DNA from: an uncultured Bacilli bacterium
Lineage (GTDB): Bacteria; Bacillota_I; Bacilli_A; RF39; UBA660
Length of the DNA stretch: 64,000 nt
Assembly (NCBI GenBank): GCA_947623825.1
Contig: CANQHQ010000001.1
Location: 17,736-81,735 of the forward strand
Reading direction: 5' to 3'
Part shown: positions 56,730-64,000 of the stretch, in pieces
Numbering within the stretch: the first letter of the stretch is position 1
Layout of the letters: each line of letters starts with the position of its first letter
Translations under genes and position numbers: made by a program
The notes under the pieces: model-generated
Told to the model about the DNA's origin: nothing
The model's database searches: none
Seen by the model: the letters and a program-made list of their open reading frames with translations, nothing else

Positions 56730-58244
56730 TCATGTTCTTCCTCTTTTTTGATACTCTCTTCGTATTATTTTTTCTAGTTCTAAAACGAAACGGGAGGGAC
56801 GTTTTTTCGAAGTTAGTAGATAAACTTCATTTTTCGTTCTTGTCAGGGCGACATAAAAAAGGCGTCGTTCCTCGCTATAGGGATAAGAATCTTCGTTGGG
56901 AATCATTTTTCTTATTACTTTCGGTTCTTTTCTGCGGTTCGGGAACCCATTCTGTTTATCTTCTAGGTGAATCAAAATGACATTTTCTTCTTCTAATCCT
57001 TTGGATTGATGCATGGTTTTATATTTTAAAATCATTTGACCTTGATGCTTCCAAATCAAAGTTCCTTCAGGTTGATACAGAAAATCATCTGATGCTATTT
57101 CCGTAAGATCCGCATGATTTCTTCCTAAAATTAGAAGTTTTCTTTTGTTCTCTTTCCACAGTTTTTCTAATAGTTGCACAAACGTTTCTTTTTCATTATC
57201 GTAATAGATAATTTTGATTGGAGAAGCATGGCTTTTTTCTGAAAATAATTTTTTTCTTATTTGATTGGGATTTTTTAGAATAAAAGAGCCAGCAATATTA
57301 ATTAATGTTTGACTATTTCGATACGTAGTTTCTAATTTTAAAATTTGATGATTCGGAAAATAATCTGAAAAATGAAGAAATAGATTCAAATTACAACCAC
57401 TAAAACGATAAATAGATTGAAAATCATCTCCGACTGCCATCAGGTGGGCTTTCGTTTTTTCTTTCAAAGATTTTACTAATAAAAACCGAATATAGGATGT
57501 ATCTTGATATTCGTCGATTAAGATATATTTCCAAGGGAGGTTGTTTCTTTGGTCTACTTCTTTACGAGAAAGAAGAATCATGTCATCAAAATCAATCCAT
57601 CTTTGAGAAGACAGTTCACTCTCATATTCATTCATGAGTAGATATAACATTTTTAAAAGGAAAAGCGAAAACCAATTTTTTTCCTTTCTACATAGATGAA
57701 GAAGTTCTTCTTTCTTTTTGTTTTCTGATTTTAATCTCGCAATTGTTTGAATCCATTCCTTTTTCTTTACTAGAAATTCTTTGGATTCCTTTAATTTTTG
57801 ATAATTTCTTAACAAAAGAGGATTTTTGTGAAAATAGATTAATAATCTACGAATTAGTTTGGGATGGGCATAGATATACCCTTCAAAATATTCATTTACT
57901 ACATATTCTAAGTAATGATTGGGTGCAATCGAAAACGTATTTTTTGGTAATAACTCTAAGGCTAACTTATGAAAGGTATAAACGGATACATTCGGATAGG
58001 ACATTTTTTGTAATTTTTCTTTAAAGTCCGTGACCGTATCCCTCGTAAAAGAAAGAACTAAAATTTCTTCTTCTTTGACTTTTTTTCTTTCGATTAAATA
58101 TTTTATTTTTCCTAACATGGTTGTCGTTTTTCCACTTCCTGCGGCAGCCACTACTAAAAGGGCATCCGAATCGTTATAAACAACTTTTCGTTGCTGTTCA
58201 TCTAACCAATGACCCTCTATATTTTCTAATTGATTCCATTCCAT
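56730..58244 (-). CDS. UvrD-like SF1 helicase (504 aa), paralog of 50275-52641
   Basis: [27 protein letters not shown] and [13 protein letters not shown]. About 50 nt near the 3' end are nearly identical to the paralog (TTTCGTTCTTGTCAG...ACATAAAA). Confidence 0.65.
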   Translation of the reverse strand: MEWNQLENIEGHWLDEQQRKVVYNDSDALLVVAAAGSGKTTTMLGKIKYLIERKKVKEEEILVLSFTRDTVTDFKEKLQKMSYPNVSVYTFHKLALELLPKNTFSIAPNHYLEYVVNEYFEGYIYAHPKLIRRLLIYFHKNPLLLRNYQKLKESKEFLVKKKEWIQTIARLKSENKKKEELLHLCRKEKNWFSLFLLKMLYLLMNEYESELSSQRWIDFDDMILLSRKEVDQRNNLPWKYILIDEYQDTSYIRFLLVKSLKEKTKAHLMAVGDDFQSIYRFSGCNLNLFLHFSDYFPNHQILKLETTYRNSQTLINIAGSFILKNPNQIRKKLFSEKSHASPIKIIYYDNEKETFVQLLEKLWKENKRKLLILGRNHADLTEIASDDFLYQPEGTLIWKHQGQMILKYKTMHQSKGLEEENVILIHLEDKQNGFPNRRKEPKVIRKMIPNEDSYPYSEERRLFYVALTRTKNEVYLLTSKKRPSRFVLELEKIIRREYQKRGRT

Positions 58245-58287
58245 AAAAAAACTCCTCGATACATTATACCGAGAAAGTTTCTTTTTT

Positions 58288-59400
58288 TTATTTTTCTTCT
58301 AAATTTTCTACTAGAATATCAACAATTCTTTCGCTTGCATGTCCGTCTCCATATGGATTGGATGCATGACTCATTTTACTGTATTCTTGTTCATCGGTTA
58401 ACAACTCTTTCGTTAATTGATAAATTTGTTCTTCGTTGGTTCCTGCCAACTTCAAGGTACCTGCAGTAATTCCTTCAGGTCGTTCTGTTGTATCCCTTAG
58501 TACCAATACAGGTTTTCCTAAGGATGGGGCTTCTTCTTGTACTCCTCCACTATCACTTAGAATTAAATAAGCCCTATTCTGAAAGTTATGAAAATCAAAT
58601 ACTTCTAAAGGTTCAATCATCTTGATTCTTTCACAATCTCCAAAAACCTCTTTCGCAATGGCTCTTACTTTCGGATTCAAGTGGATCGGAAAAACAACCT
58701 TTACATCTTCAAATTCGTTGATAATTCTTTTTACAGCTCCAAAAATATGATACATTGGTTCTCCTAAGTTTTCTCTTCGATGGGCTGTCAACAGAAGCAT
58801 TCTACTATCTCCTAACCAATCAAAAACTTCATGTTCATACTTCTTATTTACTGTTGTTTTCATCGCATCGATGGCTGTATTTCCTGTTACAAAAATTTTA
58901 CTTTCTTCTTTTCCTTCTTTTAATAAATTTTCTTTACTTAACTCCGTAGGCGCAAAATAAAAATCTGTCATACAATCTACCATTTGTCGATTCATTTCTT
59001 CAGGAAATGGTGAATTTTTGTCCCAGGTACGCAATCCTGCTTCTACATGTCCTATTTTAATCTGATTATAGAAAGCTGCTAACCCTCCAGCAAGAGTGGT
59101 AGTAGTATCTCCATGTACTAAGACAATATCTGGTTTTTCTTCCTGCATAATTTTTTCTAATCCCATTAAAACGTTAGAAGTAATTTGACTCAAAGTTTGG
59201 CCTGGTTTCATGATATTCAAATCATATTGCGGTTTAATTTGGAATGTTTCTAAGACCTGATCTAGCATTTCTCTATGCTGCGCCGTAACACATATAATTG
59301 AATCAATATTTTTTCTTTTTTCCAGTTCCTTAATGACAGGTGCCATCTTAATTGCTTCTGGTCTTGTTCCAAAAATACTCATTACTTTTATTTTTTTCAT
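58288..59400 (-). CDS. wecB: UDP-N-acetylglucosamine 2-epimerase (non-hydrolysing)
   Basis: IKVMSIFGTRPEAIKMAPV and HVEAGLRT motifs. The likely start is MKKIKV (ATG at 59400) with RBS GGAAGGTGA. It forms an ATGA overlap with the upstream glycosyltransferase stop. Confidence 0.8.
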   Translation of the reverse strand: MKKIKVMSIFGTRPEAIKMAPVIKELEKRKNIDSIICVTAQHREMLDQVLETFQIKPQYDLNIMKPGQTLSQITSNVLMGLEKIMQEEKPDIVLVHGDTTTTLAGGLAAFYNQIKIGHVEAGLRTWDKNSPFPEEMNRQMVDCMTDFYFAPTELSKENLLKEGKEESKIFVTGNTAIDAMKTTVNKKYEHEVFDWLGDSRMLLLTAHRRENLGEPMYHIFGAVKRIINEFEDVKVVFPIHLNPKVRAIAKEVFGDCERIKMIEPLEVFDFHNFQNRAYLILSDSGGVQEEAPSLGKPVLVLRDTTERPEGITAGTLKLAGTNEEQIYQLTKELLTDEQEYSKMSHASNPYGDGHASERIVDILVENLEEK

Positions 59401-61523
59401 TTTATCACCTTCCAATATTCCTTCAACCGATTTTCCCATGTAGATTCATTGATAATTTTTTTATAATTTGCAGTTTCAACAAAGGTAGTTTTGAGTGCTG
59501 TATCTAACATTTTTTCAAAATCTTCTTCCTTTTTGTAGAAGTAAACTAATCCATCAAATTGAACTAATTCATCCCAATAACTTGATACAATTGGTTTTTT
59601 CATGTATAGATATTCATATATTTTTACTGGATCCACATATTTAATTACATCATTAATCAGAAAAGGCATTATCATAACATCAGAATCTTGAATATATTGA
59701 GGAACTTCTTTGTGTTCAATTGGTCCAGGAAAAATAATATTCTTTTCCTTTATTTTTTTTATCTTTTTCTCAATCTTTTTGTTGATGGGTCCAATAACAT
59801 AAAATGTAATATTATGGTGTTTTCTAGCATAAGCAATTACATTTTTAAAATCAAACCATTCATCGATGGTACCAATATAAGAAACACTTGGATGATGAAT
59901 CGGAGTTTTTACTTTTTTGTAATTTTCAAAGGTTGTTTTATCATATCCATTACGAATGACTGTACAAAACGATTCGTCTAACTGATACATTTTCATAAAT
60001 TTCTCTTTTAATGCTTCTGCGCTAACGATAAGGTGAGAAGCGCATTGAATTAATCTTCGTTGTTTATCTAAGTATCCTAAAACGTTAGGTTCCCATACTT
60101 CGTAATTATCCATTGCTTCGTAGTAAAATTTCACTCTTTTTAATTTTTGCACTTTCATGAAAAAGAAATCCATTTGATTCGGTTGCGTAAGAATAATTTT
60201 ATCGTAGTTCCAAAAAGAAGTACGGATGATATTCCATGCTGAATTGAGGAAGATTTTCCATCTTGTATTAGCTGGAAATATTTTAAATGGCTTAATTTTT
60301 AACTTAGATTGCACATTTACTTCGTTTTTCACTACACTGTTATCATCTTTCGGCATGTATTTATCGTATAAACTTTGGTAACGATAATCTACTTGATATT
60401 CAGGATTTTTCGCTAGTTCTAACGCAACAAAATGAGGTCTTTGTTTAATCCATTTCCAGGTTACTAAGGAAAAATATAATACTTTTTCTTTCTTTCGACA
60501 TTTTTTCATTAAATAAGTAAATGGATATAATACTATTTGAATCAAAAGAATTAGAAGTTTTATTCCCAAGACAATGTATTCAGAGAAATGAGTATTTCTT
60601 ATTCGATTACAAAATCTTTCTAAGTGAATTTTTTCCTCTATTGGATGAAAAAAAGTAACAAAATCTAAAATCCATATTTTCCATCTTTGATATAGTTTGT
60701 TGGCTTCTTCATTGTACGTCTTATGATAATATCGTTTACTTTTTTGCAAATTTTTATATTTTTTCATGGAATTCATACTTTTGTCGACACTCACGGATTC
60801 AAAATGATTAAATTTACAAGTATTTAATACCACATTTTTGTAGCCAAGTTGGTGAATTTTATTTCCTAAAATATCTTCTTCAAAATATAAGAAAGTCTTT
60901 TCATCAAAATATCCTACTTTTTTGAATACACTATGTCGAATCAGAAAGAAGGAACCTGCTACACAATCCACTACTGCTTTTTTCTGATTCAAGTATTCCT
61001 TTTCATACATTTCAACATGAGCTTGACGATAAAGAACATTTAGTGAAGGAGACGAATCTATGGTATCTCCTCGGATGGTTCTTAATTTCCATCCCGAAAG
61101 AGGATGCGGATGATTGTTTAAATCGTACATTCTTGGGGCAGCAATCGCAATCTTGTCATTGTTTTCTAAGCATTGTAAGCATTCTTCATATGATTTTTCA
61201 GGAACAGAAACATCGGGATTCGATATTGCAATATACTTAAATTCCCCATAAGTTTGGTTGGCATAACGAATGGCATAATTATTTCCATAAGCATAACCTA
61301 AATTTGCCTCTGTTTGAATGACATCTATTTTTTTATTTTTTAATGCTTCTAATTTTTCTAGTGATTGGTCTGGGGATTGATTATCGACAATGATGATTCT
61401 ATCAATGCATTTGTATTTTTTTATCTCATTTACATATCTGATTGTGTTTTGCGCATCATTATAATTGAGAATGATCACCACTAAATTTCTATTCTGATTG
61501 ATTCTTTGATTCATTTTGATCAC
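59397..61523 (-). CDS. large two-domain glycosyltransferase (N-terminal GT2 domain, 708 aa)
   Basis: GT2 signature VVIILNYNDAQNT ... DNQSPD with the DxD region. A C-terminal domain of about 350 aa of glycosyltransferase-like character. Confidence 0.6.
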   Translation of the reverse strand: MIKMNQRINQNRNLVVIILNYNDAQNTIRYVNEIKKYKCIDRIIIVDNQSPDQSLEKLEALKNKKIDVIQTEANLGYAYGNNYAIRYANQTYGEFKYIAISNPDVSVPEKSYEECLQCLENNDKIAIAAPRMYDLNNHPHPLSGWKLRTIRGDTIDSSPSLNVLYRQAHVEMYEKEYLNQKKAVVDCVAGSFFLIRHSVFKKVGYFDEKTFLYFEEDILGNKIHQLGYKNVVLNTCKFNHFESVSVDKSMNSMKKYKNLQKSKRYYHKTYNEEANKLYQRWKIWILDFVTFFHPIEEKIHLERFCNRIRNTHFSEYIVLGIKLLILLIQIVLYPFTYLMKKCRKKEKVLYFSLVTWKWIKQRPHFVALELAKNPEYQVDYRYQSLYDKYMPKDDNSVVKNEVNVQSKLKIKPFKIFPANTRWKIFLNSAWNIIRTSFWNYDKIILTQPNQMDFFFMKVQKLKRVKFYYEAMDNYEVWEPNVLGYLDKQRRLIQCASHLIVSAEALKEKFMKMYQLDESFCTVIRNGYDKTTFENYKKVKTPIHHPSVSYIGTIDEWFDFKNVIAYARKHHNITFYVIGPINKKIEKKIKKIKEKNIIFPGPIEHKEVPQYIQDSDVMIMPFLINDVIKYVDPVKIYEYLYMKKPIVSSYWDELVQFDGLVYFYKKEEDFEKMLDTALKTTFVETANYKKIINESTWENRLKEYWKVIK

Positions 61524-63660
61524 TACCTTTGCTACTACTATCCAGTCTAAATGCAGATTTTAAACTATAATTTTCATTATAAAAAGGATCCCTTTCTATG
61601 TATTTTTTCCATTTCTTCATCATCATTGCACTTTCTTGTAGAAAGCGTTCATATTTTTCTCCTGTGGTATCTAAACCTCTCGTTTTTGATTCAAAATGGT
61701 ATAGTTCTACTTGTGGAAGAAAAACATTATAATATCCCTTCTCTAATAATTTTATACAAAAATCAATATCGTTGTATGCCACTTTCAATTTTTCTTCTAA
61801 TCCACCGATTTCTAAATATTTTTTCTTACTTACCATGAGACAAGCTGCGGTTACGGCAGCATAGTTTGTAGGAACTTCTAGTAGTCCATTAAACGCTTTG
61901 TAATTTCTTGGCTCTCCTAGAAACGTATGAGAAGCCACTCCACCTAGTCCTAATACAACTCCTCCATGTTGGATTGTATTATCGTAATACAATAATTTGA
62001 CTCCTACTGCCCCTATATGTGGCTGCATCGCATAACCAACCATTGTTTCTAACCAGTGGTTTGTCAATATCTCTGTGTCATTATTTAAAAGAACAATATA
62101 ATCTCCCTGACATTTTTTCACGGCTTCATTATTCAAATAAGAAAAATTAAATTCACAATCGTTGTCATAGATCATTATTTTATCATTTTTGTTATATTTT
62201 TCTAATAATTCTAATGTTTTTCTTTCCTTGCTTCCGTTATTGATAATTATTATCTCATAATTTTGGTAAGTTGTCTTTTTTAGTACTGAATCTACACATT
62301 TTTCTAAGACATCTGCATAATCTCTTGTGGGAATCAAAATGGAAACTTTAGGTTCTTTTTTATAATGATAGTTCACTGTATAAAAAGAACTTTCTTTTTG
62401 CGTTTGGACTTCCCCATTTATTTTTCTTCTTTTTAATGCACTTTCTATCGCTTTTTTTCCATTTATGTAGGCATAGTCTTTGCTACTCTTTTTCAAAGAA
62501 GTGGAATTTTCAGCCATTCTCCAGTGGTATAAGATTTTGGGAATATGGTAAATTCGATTGGTAATTTCTGTAATTCTTAAATATAAATCGTAGTCTTGTG
62601 CTCCTCGATATTTCTCCCTGAATCCTCCCACTTTCTCAATAATCTGTTTCCGTATCACATTAAAATGGCTGAGATAATTGAAACTAAGTAGTGTGTCAGG
62701 AGAATAATCTGGTTTAAAGTATGGACAACACCGAATTCCTTTTTTATCTAACTTATCAAAATCAGAATAAAAGAAATCGATTTTCTTTTCTTTATTTAAA
62801 ACTTTTATTACTTCCATTAGGGCATTTTCTGCGATTGTATCATCGTGATCGATGAAAGCAATCAATTCTCCCTCTGCTTGCTTGATTCCTTGATTGGTTG
62901 TTTTCGCAATATGCATATTTGTTTTGTTAAAATGAATTTTTATTTTTTCTTGTGATTCTAATTCTTTTAAATAGTCTATAATTTCTTTCTTTGTTGAGCA
63001 ATCATCCACGATACAAATTTCGTAATTCTCGTACGTTTGATGTTGGATGGATTCGATACATGCTTTCAAGTCCTCTAATCTTGGATTATAAACAGGTAAA
63101 ACAAAGGAAATCTTCGGCTGGTATTGGTATTCTTTTTTTTCTTTCTCGACTACTTCTTTCTTGATTATCCATTCTATATATTCTTTTTGATCGAATGGAT
63201 TCCAACTATTATCGACATTTCTTCCATAATATTTATCAAAAAATACTTTTTTATATTTTGAAATCAATTTTCGAGAAAATAAGATTTTGGGATTTTTCAT
63301 TAAAACTCTTGCGGTTTTTGCGATTAAGGTACTTATTCTTTTACATTTATTTGCTAATCTTTTTATAAGACGATCATCTAGAAAAATTCGATCTATTTCT
63401 TTTGTATCTGTTCTTAGGATTATTTCCAGTTTTCTAGAAAACTTAGGAAGTGAAAGTTCATAACTAAACCCTAAGGTCTCTTCTTTTTGATGGAAGTGAT
63501 TACTGATATCTTTTCTTTTTTTATTGAGTGTTAAAGTTTGAATGATGTGATGACGATTCACGATATCTATTTTGGCATTTGGATCTAAAATCCATCCTTC
63601 CAGTTGTATTTTTTTCTTTACAATACAGGCTTTTTCTATATAATAATTCATTTCTTTCAC
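61489..63660 (-). CDS. large glycosyltransferase with two tandem GT2 domains (723 aa)
   Basis: ISFVLPVYNPRLEDL...IVDDCS and VSILIPTRDYADVL...IINNGS GT2 cores. Overlaps the downstream glycosyltransferase gene by 35 nt. Confidence 0.65.
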   Translation of the reverse strand: MKEMNYYIEKACIVKKKIQLEGWILDPNAKIDIVNRHHIIQTLTLNKKRKDISNHFHQKEETLGFSYELSLPKFSRKLEIILRTDTKEIDRIFLDDRLIKRLANKCKRISTLIAKTARVLMKNPKILFSRKLISKYKKVFFDKYYGRNVDNSWNPFDQKEYIEWIIKKEVVEKEKKEYQYQPKISFVLPVYNPRLEDLKACIESIQHQTYENYEICIVDDCSTKKEIIDYLKELESQEKIKIHFNKTNMHIAKTTNQGIKQAEGELIAFIDHDDTIAENALMEVIKVLNKEKKIDFFYSDFDKLDKKGIRCCPYFKPDYSPDTLLSFNYLSHFNVIRKQIIEKVGGFREKYRGAQDYDLYLRITEITNRIYHIPKILYHWRMAENSTSLKKSSKDYAYINGKKAIESALKRRKINGEVQTQKESSFYTVNYHYKKEPKVSILIPTRDYADVLEKCVDSVLKKTTYQNYEIIIINNGSKERKTLELLEKYNKNDKIMIYDNDCEFNFSYLNNEAVKKCQGDYIVLLNNDTEILTNHWLETMVGYAMQPHIGAVGVKLLYYDNTIQHGGVVLGLGGVASHTFLGEPRNYKAFNGLLEVPTNYAAVTAACLMVSKKKYLEIGGLEEKLKVAYNDIDFCIKLLEKGYYNVFLPQVELYHFESKTRGLDTTGEKYERFLQESAMMMKKWKKYIERDPFYNENYSLKSAFRLDSSSKGSDQNESKNQSE

Positions 63661-63692
63661 GTCCCAACTTTTTTGTTTTTATTATCCATTCT

Positions 63693-64000
63693 TTATTTCT
63701 TTTTTTCTACTTCCTGTTTCAAAATGGAAAGTTCTTGTATTAAAAGATTGATTTTTTTATTCTGTGTAGAGACAATCACAGTAAATAGAAAACAAATGGA
63801 ATATAATACAAAGATGGCTATTAAAAAAATCATATTCGTTACTAATTCAAAACCTAAAATGTGACAAACAATATCTAAAAGTTTAGGAACGAAGATAAAT
63901 ACAAGCATCAAGCAGGCACTTACTAACCAAATTAGTGCATATTTAATGTTGATATTGTCTTTTTTTATAAAATGAACAATTAAAAGTATTAGAACAATCA
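63693..64000 (-). CDS. small membrane protein, DUF2304-like, 5' end beyond the window
   Basis: The frame stays open to the window end (..YALIWLVSACLMLVFIFVPKLLD..KKINLLIQELSILKQEVEKKK). This family commonly accompanies GT2 polysaccharide genes. Confidence 0.45.
   Translation of the reverse strand, partial: IVLILLIVHFIKKDNINIKYALIWLVSACLMLVFIFVPKLLDIVCHILGFELVTNMIFLIAIFVLYSICFLFTVIVSTQNKKINLLIQELSILKQEVEKKK

Noticed and set aside
1-64000. Mobile elements, CRISPR and prophage
   Set aside because: No transposase, integrase, recombinase, terminase or capsid-like ORFs and no spaced direct-repeat arrays were found. The compositional islets lack mobility genes.

Overview
This is a low-GC (about 30% GC) Firmicutes-type chromosomal segment, and almost every gene is on the minus strand. 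The core backbone is the conserved priA ... fmt - rlmN - prpC(stp) - prkC - rsgA - rpe / rpmB locus. It also carries polC and dnaE in tandem, and cell-wall genes ddl, a MurF-like Mur ligase and murI. Further content is an ABC-F ATPase, a NUDIX hydrolase, a C-terminal NlpC/P60-type hydrolase domain, three tRNA genes, an ECF sigma/anti-sigma pair, a YnbB-type PLP enzyme with an SDR, and a canonical sirtuin. At the 3' end is a surface-polysaccharide cluster: rfbC-rfbD fusion, phosphoketolase, wecB, two giant glycosyltransferases, and a DUF2304-like small membrane protein. Two paralogous UvrD/HelD-like SF1 helicases are interleaved in that cluster.

I found no CRISPR array, transposase or integrase.

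The most unusual content is as follows.
(1) A tightly coupled 3-gene module (8772-11811) encodes a 179-aa unknown protein, a divergent thymidylate-synthase-family enzyme, and a 494-aa three-domain fusion. The fusion is a TagD/RfaE-type cytidylyltransferase, a dCMP-deaminase-like zinc deaminase and a degenerate HIT domain. Together these look like a pyrimidine-nucleotide modifying or depleting system.
(2) A 607-aa prepilin-signal adhesin has HYR/Ig-like repeats, an RGD motif and a Cys-rich C-terminus. Its promoter contains an 11-G homopolymer between the -35 and -10 elements, a classic slipped-strand phase-variation switch. A roughly 52-nt, 85%-identical fragment of the same gene sits in the downstream intergenic region.
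(3) The MurF-like ligase is fused to an N-terminal polytopic membrane domain.
(4) A very AT-rich DUF3800 gene forms an islet next to an anomalous GC-rich 90-nt segment with an antisense promoter.
(5) Four small membrane/acidic proteins sit between fmt and rlmN where rsmB usually is.
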